Of a DNA stretch of 64,000 bases, positions 9,288 to 21,058 are shown in pieces (position 1 is the stretch's first letter; every line of letters starts with the position of its first letter). The notes beneath the pieces were generated by a model. It had not been told where the DNA came from. It saw only the letters and a list, made by a program, of their open reading frames with translations, and made no database searches. A program made the position numbers and the translations under genes. Source of the DNA: Octopus vulgaris (lineage: Eukaryota); the NCBI GenBank assembly GCA_951406725.2, contig OX597819.1, positions 134,106,001-134,170,000 of the forward strand. Direction: 5' to 3'.

Positions 9288-12175
9288 TCATGTAAAGAGT
9301 TCAGGCCACTTGAGGTCCAGGGAGGCTTTGAACAAAGCGGTCGTCGGCATCTTCACCATCTCGTCTGGCAGCTTGTTCCACGGATCCGCAACCCGGACGG
9401 AGAAAGCTCCTCTCCTTCGATTGAGATGAAATAGTCGCAGGTAGAGCTTTTCGGAATGACCCCGCAGCCGACGCTCCGGAGCAGGAGTGAAGAACAGCTC
9501 TTTCGAGAGGTTACACTTCCCGCTTATGATGTTGTGGGCGAGAATGAGATCACCACGGCGGCGGCGTTTTTCAAGAGAACAAAGGTCGAGCGTCCTCAGC
9601 CTTTCTTCGTAGGACAAATTTTGAGACCATGAACCATGCGGGTAGCCAGCCTCTGGACTCTTTCGAGGTGCTGTATGTCTTTGAGGAGATAAGGAGAAGA
9701 GGCTTGAATCCCATACTCCAATATGGGTCTCACCAGCGTGACATAGAGTGGCAGGAATATGGCTGCTGTGAGCATTCCGAATGACCGTCGAATCAAAAAC
9801 AGAATTCCGCGCGCTTTGTTGGCAGCATGGACGCACTGGGCCGAAGGCGAAAAGGAGGAATCCACCAAGATACCCAGGTCCTTTACCTGATCGGTCCTCT
9901 CCAGCAGCAGACGACCCGGCTCGAAATCAAGTTGAGTTGCAGGAGTAGAGCCGACAGGCAGATGACAGCACTTTGACACGTTCAGACTCAGGTCCCAATC
10001 GTTAGACCACTTCCAAATTTGGTGGAGGCATCGACGAAGATCCTCTATGCTACCGCGAGGAGCGACCAGTTTGATATCGTCGGCAAATAGAAGGGTGTGT
10101 TGCGTGAGGTCGTCGGGCAAGTCATTTATGAAGACTAAGAACAACAAGGGCCCAAGCACTGAACCTTGAGGCACGCCACTGCTCGCACTGGAGACGTCGG
10201 ACCGCGAACCATTAACTTGAACTTGGAAGGAGCGATCTGAGAGGAAGGCACCAACCCATCGTACAATATCCGGATGGAAACTATATGCTTGAAGCTTGAC
10301 AAGTAGTAGGCGGTGGTTTACCGAGTCAAAAGCTTTGGCAAAGTCCAATAAAACGATGTCAACAGCATCACTATCATCGAGGATGCGCGTCACCAATTCT
10401 TCCATTACTAGTAAGTTGGTCAAGCATGATCTCTTCGGCACGAAGCCGTGTTGGGAATCAGTGATCGAGGCTGTGTTTAGGAGGTGGAGCATCATACTTT
10501 TCTTAAGGATGGTTTCGAACATCTTGCTGATTATTGATGTAAGGGAAACCGGTCGGTAGTTAAGCGGGTCTTCGCGGCTCCCTTTCTTGAAAATTGGGCA
10601 GATTATCGCTGTTCTCCAGTCTGCAGGTATAACACCCGTCGCCAATGACATATTGAATAGTCGTGTTAAGGGCTCGCAGATGACCGGAGCCAACGCTTTG
10701 ATAACCCGTGGATGTATGCCGTCAGGGCCGTGACCCTTGTTGACATCGAGGCCTTGAATAACCCGTTTGACTTGGTCCCGCGTGATGATCAATCGAAGCA
10801 TTGGAGGTACCGATCTATCAAATGGAGGGGGTTCACGACCATCATCTTGTTTGAAAATAGTTGAAAAAGCCTCGGCAAATAATTGACTCTGTTGGTAAGG
10901 GTCCTCAATCGATACGCCTGTTGAGTCTACCAACGTTGTAATCTGGTTGTTCAAGCGGGAATTCCGCTGGACATGGGCAAAGAAGGTTTTGGGATTGCTA
11001 CTGGCATTTGCCGCGATTTTGTATTCATAACTGAAGCGTTCTTTCTTTTCAATTTTCACGGCTCGGTCTCGTTGAGTTTTGTACACCTCAAAAGCTGCAG
11101 TCGAATCCAGATTTTTGAATTCAGCCCAAGCAATATCTCTGAGTCGACGTTCTCGTTTAACCTTCTTCGTCACCCAGGGCTTGTGTTTCTTCCTCTTGGG
11201 AAGTCCAACGGGAACTGCCTGGTCAGTCAAACAGATTACATATGCTTTGAGGGATGACCATAGTTCGTCAACTGAGGACAACGTCATCAGGGAACGCCAG
11301 TCCAGTAGCGCGGAAGCCTCGGTTAGAATTTCAAGATTAATTGCAGAGAAGACTCTACGTGGCAGCGAAGTAATCGTGGGCGTGGAAAAAGTTGTGTGCA
11401 TGACGAACTTCAGGACCGCATGATCACTCTTGGCAAGAGGGGCGCACACAGATACGTCTGACACTGATCTTGGATAGCGGGAGAATACCAGATCCAGCAT
11501 AGATGGCTGCTGCCCAGACCGATGCCTTGTCGGATATTCAACATGTTGCGATAGAAAACAATCTTCAGCCACGTCAAGAAGGGCCTGGCCGAACCGGGAA
11601 GATGTTGTACAAATTGATGCGGGCCAATCGATCGTGGGAGCGTTGAAGTCGCCTAGTACCAAGCAGTCATGCGAAGCTGAAACGAATCTTATCGCTTCGA
11701 GTAGATGAGCATCGTCCTGGGGGTCGGCTAGAGGCGGCCTGTAGACAGCCAACACGGGCAGGCAAAACTCAGATAGGCTCAGCTTGCAATAGACGGCATC
11801 GAATTTGGTTGTAGGTTGAGCATTTGTGGGTAGAATACCGCTGGACGGTTTGTGCTCAGACTTAACATACACAGCAACACCTCCACCTCGCCTTTTTCCT
11901 CTGTCACATCTGAAAAGGACGTAGCCCTGCAGGTGGATCTCTGAGTCCTTTACTGCTGGAGTCAGCCAAGTCTCGGTGATAGCTATCACATCAGGGGAGT
12001 CGCGTAGGGCCAGTGTAAATAGTTCACTGAACTTTGGGAATAAGGAGCACGAGTTGGTGTAGACGATGCTGAGCTGTGAAGTCTGAGGGGCGGGAGTTGG
12101 GGAACAAGCAGAATAAAGGGCATCAGAGATAGCATCGTTGACGGGGGTATCAACTTCACTTCGATTTGCCCTCAC
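9288..12175 (-). CDS. CR1 ORF2: apurinic-like endonuclease plus reverse transcriptase, with one 1-bp frameshift near 9620
   Basis: YTNSCSL, ITETWL, GGGVAVYV, VYRPP, GDFN, LDLVF and SDH (APE); GPDGIHP, YRPVSLTS, QHGF, DFAKAFDSV, GVPQGSVLGPLLF and FADD (RT). The C-terminus LSYEERL..RGDLI..RGH..FSVRV..WNKLP continues in ORF 9288-9836. Confidence 0.92.
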
Positions 12176-13273
12176 ATCACTTTCCCTGTCAGCACTACAG
12201 CATGGGACCAGAGGTAGGACTTGATTATCTGTCCATCTTGGATTCGTAAACCCTTCTCTCCCATTTGTTTCCTCATCTTTAGCTCGGATATCAGGTTCCT
12301 CCGGCGAATTCTCTCTCTTAGTGAGTATTCCTCGCGAAAACCCATATTGGGGTCCTCCCAGGCATGCGTCTGAGCTCTGTTCAGAAAGACTGAAGCCTCC
12401 CGATCAGAAGAAAAGATTACCCTTATTGGGCGTGGTCTAGTATCTGCGGTTGGGTTCGCTTGGAATCTTCCTAGCCGAGCGACCTTAAGAACACTGACAT
12501 TTTCGTTCACAGAGAACAATTTTCCAACCAAAACGGAAACAAAATTAATGTCATCTTTTAGGTGGTTTATGCCTGTATCACAGGTGGATTCAGCCTTGCC
12601 ATATATTATTGCCGATCTTGAGTGGGCAAAAAGTTCTCTACTATGAGCTGCGGTATTCGATTCATCATTGGAGGATTTCGAAAGGGTGGTTTCATAGCCA
12701 TCGGACTTATGTCGGCCTGTGGGGTCGATCGGAATGGATTTAGTGGTCATAATTTTCCCGCCTGGTTTGGAACTGCACTGCCTCTTCTTCGGTTTGGGAG
12801 AGCACCACTCCCCAGATGAACCCACATCGAGATCGTTCAGAATTGGTTGAGCAATGGCATTAATGGGAAGGACAAGTGAAGGAGAATCCAAACAGATTTT
12901 ATCGTGGTCAGGTTTCATAGCTAAATCCGCCCCACTGGAGTTTTGACGACGTTTCTTCTTTTGGGGAGAACAACGGTCTTCAGGTGGGTTTGAGTCTACG
13001 CTCCTCAAATTAGGTTGGGGAACCTCCGGGACCGAAAAGGCAGATGAGGAAGAATCCGCACGGGAACGATCATGTGCAGAAACGACCGCCGGTTCCTTCG
13101 CCTTCTTTGGCCGCCTCGATTTTGTTCCCTTCGGTTTGGACGTCTCCAGGGAAGAAATCAAGGGTGACTCTGCGTCAACAGGAGACTGTTTATTCAGTAA
13201 GAGAGCAACAACAGACTTTAGGTGCTCAACCTCTTGTTTGAGCAACAGCAACTGTTCGTTGAGCTGACTATTG
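12172..13273 (-). CDS. CR1 ORF1 protein (N-terminally truncated)
   Basis: Open frame of at least 359 aa running to the 5' junction. Coiled-coil-like start, S/P/K-rich linker, and C-terminal IIYG..ES, RLG..RPRPIRVIF, ER..RR.L..EL..R..GE..L.I motifs typical of CR1/L2 ORF1. Confidence 0.8.
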
Positions 13274-13274
13274 G

Positions 13275-13555
13275 TACATTTATATATGATTAATTAATTA
13301 AATTTAATTTAATTTAATTTAATTCAATCATGAATTTGCATTATTTCTATATCTCCCTACGAAACGATCCCATTTTTAACGAAATTGAGTTTTATGGGAT
13401 GACTTTTCATAACTTCACCATACGCAAGTATTATATTCATATTCACAAATTTACGCCCGAAAACTACCAGCAAAATGTGAAGAATAAACATTAGAAATCT
13501 TTTTGGGAAACCTCCAAATTCAAGGACGAATCTACATTCAACCTTATTATATCTG
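13275..13555. mobile_element. Right-arm continuation of the fold-back element that starts at 8772
   Basis: TACATT..GAATTTGCATTATTT.TATATCTC..TACGAAACGAT..CCATTTTTAAC..GAGTTTTAT is the reverse complement of 8775-8950. Confidence 0.7.
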
Positions 13556-13709
13556 TATATATATATGTATATATATATATATACACACACATACACACAC
13601 ACAGAGTTAGCGGTTGGAGTAACTGTCTAAGGGATAAGAATATCCGTTATTACTACCGGTGTAAATTACCTGTTAACCATGGATATGCAAGCATACTACA
13701 CACACACAT

Positions 13710-13749
<40 letters not shown>

Positions 13750-13881
13750 TTAAAATAAAAATAAGGGTGAAAAAGTTGAATATTAATTTGATCTATATCA
13801 ATTTAAAACCAGTGGTCTAGCATATTAAAATCTGAAGAAACGGAAAAATTTTATTACATACATATAAGAGGGATGACCACT

Positions 13882-13937
13882 ACGTGGATATCCATATGCT
13901 AGAAGCGGATCTACTTCTAGCATATGGATATCCACGT
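13882..13937. repeat. Perfect 24-bp inverted repeat with 8-nt loop
   Basis: ACGTGGATATCCATATGCTAGAAG-cggatcta-CTTCTAGCATATGGATATCCACGT. Confidence 0.95.
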
Positions 13938-13947
13938 TGGGCATGCT

Positions 13948-14276
13948 TTATATATATATGTATATATTTATATATATATATGTATATATTTATATATATA
14001 TATGTATATATTTATATATATATATGTATATATTTATATATGTATATATTTATATATATATATGTATATATTTATATATGTATATATTTATATATATATA
14101 TGTATATATTTATATATATATGTATATATTTATATATATATATGTATATATTTATATATATATGTATATATTTATATATATATATGTATATATTTATATA
14201 TATATATGTATATATTTATATATGTATATATTTATATATGTATATATTTATATATATATATATATATTTATATATG

Positions 14277-14331
<55 letters not shown>

Positions 14332-14401
14332 GTATATATTTATATATATATATGTATATATTTATATATGTATATATTTATATATATATATGTATATATA
14401 T
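13948..14401. repeat. Compound (TA)n satellite with higher-order unit (TA)nTGTATATATT
   Basis: Directly visible; source of spurious YI-rich ORFs. Confidence 0.95.
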
Positions 14402-14880
14402 CCCGGTCAGTTGTTCATAAGTCGGTGGGGGAAAGTACATTCTAAAAGGAAATTTGAGTAGTTATATTTTATGTAGTTGAGTAGTATATTTTTGGTTATG
14501 GTAATAACTGGTATGAAGGTTACCATTCGTTTTACGTCCGCTATTGCACTTGGCAATGCGTCTCATCAGACCTGTTGGTTGGAATCTTGGCCTCTTTACA
14601 AATGGAGATAAATATATAGTTTTGGTTAGTTTGGTATTAAAAAAAGAACGAAACTAAAAACCCTTTTTGTTAAGGAAAAGAAGTTATTTTCATTTGAACT
14701 CTTCCAGTTTTGGCTGAAATGAGTCAGTATATATTATCTCCATGTGAAGATAAATATACTATGTGTTTCCGGCCAGCAGGTCTGATGACTCGCATTTACT
14801 GCCAAGTGCAATAGCAGACGTGAAACCAGTGGTAGCTTTGACTGGTTACATGCTATGACCAAAGATATGCTCGACAACAT
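14402..14880. mobile_element. Penelope pLTR-like remnant with two inverted hammerhead-like motifs
   Basis: Minus 14517-14573: AGGT-CTGATGA...AAAAC..GTA-ACCT. Plus 14778-14838: AGGT-CTGATGA...GAAAC..GTA-GCTT. Both share TGCCAAGTGCAATAGC.GACGT in stem II. Confidence 0.55.
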
Positions 14881-14887
14881 ATGTGTG

Positions 14888-15047
14888 TACAGGTGTGGCT
14901 GTGTGGTAAGAAACTTGCTTCCCAGCCACATGGTTTCGGATTCAGTCCCACTTCGTGGCACCTTCGCCAAGTGTTTAATACTATAGCCTAAGGCTGACCA
15001 AAGCCTTGAGTGAATTTGGTCGACGGAAACTGAAAGAAGCACTCCGC

Positions 15048-15080
<33 letters not shown>

Positions 15081-15265
15081 ACTTTGTCCCTAACCACCGC
15101 TTGACAACCGGTGTTTGCCTAACTGCCATGTTCGGGAAACGTAGAGACCGATAGAATAAGTATCAGGCTTCAAAATCATATGTACTGGGGTTTGACTAAA
15201 ATTCAAGACGATGCACCAGCATGGCCGCTGTCTAGTGGATGAAACTAATAAACGATAAAAAAAAG
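14888..15265 (+). mobile_element. tRNA-derived SINE (family A) with internal (TA)/(TG) tract
   Basis: TGGCTGTGTGG A-box, GATTCAGTCCC B-box-like, GAAACTGAAAGAAGC, GATAGAATAAGTA and CCAGCATGGCCG tail. Confidence 0.85.
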
Positions 15266-17454
15266 TATGTGTGTAAACCCTCAGGTTTTAGAATATAAGT
15301 TGGGAGTTAGGAATGAAATGGCCGGTTCTAGTCTCTATAAATGTTTATTTAATATTTCTTACGAAAGAGTGTTTATAACATCTGAATTTGTATGTAATCA
15401 ACGTTCGGAGCCAGCTTCTCTTATCTTTCTCTTTCTATCTCAACGACCCAAATTTATAACGTTTACAAAACAATCGAACAAACAGCAGCTACGAAAGCAT
15501 ATCCGAAGCTGACAAGTTAATGCATTAAATGAAAGACTTTATGTGTATTCTCCAGAGAAAACAACGTCAGCGATTTAAGTCAGTTAATAATCCGGCACAA
15601 AAGAATAATTTTCTCTGTTAAACATATTTACTGCCAAATCAATAAAGTTATTATTTTCTGAAGCCTTATTTTTTAACAATTTTTATGCATCTTCTGTTTT
15701 ATACCATTATCCAGTGATCTATATCATGTGCTAACAATTATTTTTAGTACTTTTACATTCACGGTTATTTGGATTTTGTATTTTTCAACGTCTGTGGAGG
15801 GGAAGATTATTTGATGACGAATCTCATTAAGCAAACCATCAGAAAATTTAGCTTTTATGATCAAACAGCTCCGATATTATAGATTCATATAATGCAAATC
15901 TCTCTGTTGCTACCTTTTGATTTATGTATTAATGTAGATTATAAAACTATACGCAATTCCCTCGCCAGCACTAAACAGTTGTCTATGTCAAAGAAAGCCG
16001 AAATAATTTCAGAAAATATTTAGGAAAACATTAAACATTTTAAAATTTTTAATTTAAAAACAATTATTGTTTTGCAGTTTTCTTCTTTTGCTTTTGTTTT
16101 TCTTGATGATAAAACGAACTCGGATCTTGAGATCGTTTTATACATCATAGTTTGCAAATTGACACGAATCTTATATATATTTGTAAATATTCGATTCTTT
16201 CGAAATAGTTTTAAATTATCCATTTTATTTTGAAGTTTATAAACACATTGTTTTAACAATAAAATATACTGTGTGATTGCATATTAATTATAGCTGAAGG
16301 TATTTTGTCATTCCGCTCTCTTAAAAGGAGAGAAATATACTTTCATGGTTTCGAAAATAATATTTACACATTTTATAGAAACTGAAATTTACTATTGAAA
16401 ACATTGCCTAAACTTTTCTAAATATACTTGCTGTCACTTCAGCATGGCTCTGGGCTTATAGGAAGCTAACATCGCAACTACGTATGGTGCAGCATATTGA
16501 GCTGAAAGTGCCGTCTAGCAGAATCATTAGATTAGCTGTCCATCAATTCCATATGGAAAATCTCAGATCCTGACTTAGAAAATATCAAAACGGTTTTTTT
16601 ATTTGTGAAACTATAAATTGTATGAATAAATTATGTAATTTATATTCTGCAAATGCATTACAGAAAATTAACAAGTATTTCATTCTTTTCATTATATTTT
16701 TAAGCCAAAATAATGCAATTTATAGAAATGAAACACTGATAGTTTTAGCTGGTATTTCAATATTTCCGATTTAGGACTCCTTTCTCAGGGCTTTAACAAA
16801 GTATAATGGAAAATATTTTCCTGTCTTCTTGGCGATGAAACATTTTGTGCTGTCTCAAATATGTATCATCCGATAAAGTCCAGCCGTTTAAAAGGAAAAC
16901 GAAAATACACAAATTGCTTTTTCCTTAACTAGAAGAAGCTATTTAGTTGAAGCTAAAACAATTTGACAGCTGGCCAAACGAGAAAGCGACATTAAGATGG
17001 TCCAGCCATGGCTTTTGATGGGAGAGAGGGACTTGTCTGGTGCCCGGTGAATGAGCCAAGAGAACACTGGCCTGAGCAGATGTTCACTTGCTTCATAATG
17101 TCAAAACTCAGCTTCACTGACCGCTAGATTCTGTTTGGTTAAAAAGTTCTGATTGAGTAAAATGTCTAATTAGCTAAATGAGCCCAGGGTTCCGGTTGAA
17201 TCTAAACTGATTGCGTGGCCATAAACTAGGAATTTCCGATTTCTCAAAATATTTGGGAACCAGTATACCCACAGACAGATAAATGCATTATTACATTTCC
17301 CTTTTATTTTTACTGAATTTTGGTTCGAGTCTCCTTTACCTTTTCCTGGATTACGCATGTTCACTTATCAAATATCTTCCGGTACTTTTTTATTTGAATT
17401 TCTCCGCTTTTCAATCTTCCTTCATCCTTTTATTAATTTAATATTTCTTATAGT

Positions 17455-17660
17455 GATGAGCGGGAAGAATTATTAAAACGTCGGAAAAGATTCCTTACAG
17501 AATTTCTTCCGTCTCTTTGTGTTCTGAGCTCAAATCCCACCGAATTCAATTTCGCCTTTCATCCTTCTAGGGTAACTAAACTACTATTCAAGTACTGGAG
17601 GTATCGACAAACCCTCTCACCTCAAAATTGCTGTCCTTGTGTCTAAATTAGAAACTATTA
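17455..17660 (+). mobile_element. Family-B SINE (old)
   Basis: GTTCTGAGCTCAAATCCC..GCCTTTCATCCTT..AGTACTGG..AAAATTGCTGTCCTTGTG. Confidence 0.7.
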
Positions 17661-18064
17661 ATTTAGTATTTCTATTTCCTCATTAATAATTGTGTAAATA
17701 GTATATAGAGTTAACCAGTATGGCTATTCAGTTATTTCACCATAATTTCCCCACATACAAGAGACAACTTCTGTGAAGCTTTCAATCCATTCGATAAGTG
17801 CCAGTTGGCATTCCTTTTCTTTTTCTTTTTTTAACGAGATTTTGACAAAATAAGTTGAAATATACATTGCAATTATAATCCAAAAACAGTATTTTTCTCT
17901 TTGGAAATTGATGTTCAATACTCTAATTCATTAAAGATTGTTTAAAACTAATTACTTTGCCAAAATATAAGCAACAAATAGCAGAAAAGATACTGAACCA
18001 CTTATTAGCAATATAAGGCAGTTACCGTGATATCTTGTGTGGCTGGTACATATATAACTTGAAA

Positions 18065-18280
18065 AGGCGGCGAGCTGGCAGAAACGTTAGCACGCCGGGC
18101 GAAATGCGTAGCCGCATTTCGTCTGCCGTTACGTTCCGAGGTCAACTTTGCTTTTCATCCTTTTGGGGTCGATTAAATAAGTACCAGTTACGCACTGGGA
18201 TCGATGAAATCGACTTAATCGGTTTGTCTGTCCTTGTTTGTCCTCTCTGTGTTTAGCTCTTTGTGGGTAGTAAAGAAATA
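18065..18280 (+). mobile_element. Family-B SINE variant with Tx1-like 3' tail and 18-bp TSD
   Basis: TSD TACATATATAACTTGAAA at 18047-18064 and 18281-18298; tail CTGTCCTTGTTTGTCCTCTCTGTG..TTGTGGGTAGTAAAGAAATA. Confidence 0.88.
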
Positions 18281-21008
18281 TACATATATAACTTGAAACA
18301 ATGCAGACGATAGCGATGTATTGCGGCGTGCTAGTTAGTAAATGAAAACAACTTATAAAAGTATCGTCGTAGCGCTCTGAGGGATTTGATCTTTTGAAAA
18401 ATCAAATTAATTTCATTGAGTGTAAAATATAGCACACGTGAGATGAGTTTCAAGTATTTTGTTACAAAGTTATATAAAAAAAACAGTTCAATATGAAAAG
18501 GGTTGTAACACTAAACTTATAGCATATAACCATATAGCATGGATAATGTTAAATCAAAGATTATAGTTAAACGCTTGAGTAACTGTTTACGACCTTATTA
18601 ACACACACACACGTGTGTGCTTTTGAATGTCGGTTGAATATATGAGTGTGTATATGTATATAGTATTGCATCTTATGTATTTGTATATGTGTGTCTATTC
18701 CATGGATTTTAATCAGACATACAGCATAAACAAGGAGCACCAGAAGTCAAACGATGGTATAATAAGTATACATATTTATATTCCCCCGGCATAAATTTGT
18801 TCTGCGCGTGTAATCGTACGTCTGTATGGCTCTCGTCATCGAAAGAAACAGAAAGAAATTTGAAATCCATGCGCGCCCTTACATATGCTTAAATAGGAAC
18901 AGATAGAAATAAGTTGATTTGCAATGTCGGCCGAATATGAACTCAGAAGATGAAGAGCCGCAAGAAATGCGGCAAAACGTTTTGTTCGATGCACTGACGA
19001 CGATTCTTCCAACTCACAATACTAAAAATATAACGAAAATGAGGGACTCCAGAAGTCAAATTAAAGTTTGTCTGTGTGTCTTATGTTAAGAGCTCGATTT
19101 CTATAAATGCCTTTATTAGTCATTTACATTTTTTTTTTTTTTTCAAGACAATAACGTTCCTAAGTCTACCAACATTTCTTGGATTCATCTTCTAAATTTA
19201 CTGATGATAGTTACATTTTGGTGCTGAGTTTATGGTAGGCAACGAAGACCTATGGAAATTATATTCTCACCAATATCATCGTTGGGCTTAAAGTTGTCTA
19301 ATTGCGAACTCATTGTTGTATTTTTATGATGTATTCGAAGCTTGAGTGGTGATTTTATTTTTTATTTTTTTTGCTTATATTTTGCTAGTCGTAGATTCTG
19401 TAGTTAATGAATTATTTATGTGAAATTCTGCATAATGATATGCGAATTTCCAACAAAAAAGCTCATATAATACATAACAATTAGAAAAAACACCAAAATA
19501 AAAGCAGACAGAAAAATATTTGATCACACTACCAAACACACACACACACAAAGAAAAAACTAAACAGAAAATCTGAAAAATGCTGTACAAAAATGATTCA
19601 CATCAGTCAGGGGTGTGTTTGGTTGCATAAATTTAAGCAGCGACTTTGGAGAATTCGGTGCTGAATTTTTTTGAAAATCTTGGCTTTGTTTTAATCTTCC
19701 CTTTCCAATTTAGTGAGCATTGTATTTCAAGACCCCAGCATTCCGAGATTGCTACTTCTGCACTTAGTAACATAACCAAGCTCATCATTAATCATAGGTA
19801 CAATATGTGTCTTACGTGCTGAATTTTAGAAATGTCTTGCATAATTTTACAATTCCGCTGACAGATTGTGTGTTCACGTATGAGCAATAACATACGAGAC
19901 AAACCTGACCCTCGAGAGCGCGAGAATGCTGAGTGGAGATCTCTCGTCATCCTATGTTCCGTGGGGACCAGGTGGAACTAAGATTAAGGTATGTTGTCCG
20001 TAAAAATAAAAAGAATTCCGTAGACAATATAATCGTGCATAAGAATTACTTTTCTGCTCCAATACAAATTGGCAAAGTCGTTAGAGCATCGGCTAGAATG
20101 ATTCGCGCTATTAATTCTGCGTTCAAATCTTACCGAGGTCAACTTTACATTTTATCCTTTCGATATGGGTCGGCTATTGAAGGGGATTTCCCAAAATGCT
20201 GCGCACTGGAATCTGGTCTGGGATTACGTGGTTACTAAACGAAGCTCTTAACCACATATCCATTCTCGATCCCGTTGAACATTTAGTGACAAGAGATTGC
20301 ACTGAAGGCATGTTTATTCTGCGGGTCTTTTATTTGGAGTATATTTTGTTTTGTTGCGCAAGTTCTTGTTGTGAGAAGAGGGATATTTTCTGCTCTCTTC
20401 TGTTTGTTGCAACTGTTAGCTTTCTTTCACATCTGATAACTACAATTTATTGCATTCTAACGAATTGATCTCTCCTTCTCTTTAAAAATATTGATTTGCT
20501 TTGATTAGGTACAAGGTCAAATATTACAATGGAGCGTGTGTAATCAATTAAATCTTCTCTAAATGACTATATATTACAAACTTAGTCAATTGTACTTTTC
20601 ATATATCGAGATTTGTACTCAGACTGTGGAAGAGTACTCTAATATCCACACTCGACCTTTTGAATTAGAGGAAGCCGAGAGAATGTAAGAATTTTGTTGT
20701 TTACCACACGTACAATAAAATTAAGAAAATATACTCCAGTTTAAACAAGGTGGTTGTACAAATCAACTGTTTACTGTTAATTCCAGAATTAAAATGATTT
20801 TAGAAAGTATTATTATAGTTTATTGCGAAACTTAATGTGTCGTTACTGTTTATTCAGCCGCTACTTGCCGATGGTGTTTCATATTTCTCTTGTGGAGCTG
20901 TACAGTTTGTATTCCCAATTGTGTGTAGTTGCGGGTTTAACTGTTCTCTGAAGTCATCCTATCTGTGTTTATATTCATTGAATGATTCACAGAATTATTT
21001 CTTTAATG

Positions 21009-21010
<2 letters not shown>

Positions 21011-21057
<47 letters not shown>
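21011..21057. repeat. (GT)n microsatellite
   Basis: Pure GT run. Confidence 0.95.

Positions 21058-21058
<1 letters not shown>

Larger units (their letters stand above)
9205..13274 (-). mobile_element. Young CR1-clade LINE, 5'-truncated within ORF1
   Basis: ORF1 plus APE-RT ORF2, short 3' UTR ending in (TAAC)n, sharp GC contrast with the flanks. Removing it restores the host fold-back arm CTGAAGAG|TACATT, with only 1-2 nt of overlap and no long TSD. Confidence 0.93.

Noticed and set aside
12180-12186. GGGAAAG slippery site just before the ORF1 stop
   Set aside because: It is not in the X XXY YYZ phase of ORF1, which reads GGG AAA GTG.
13884-14461. Three ORFs of about 175 aa
   Set aside because: TA satellite artefact.
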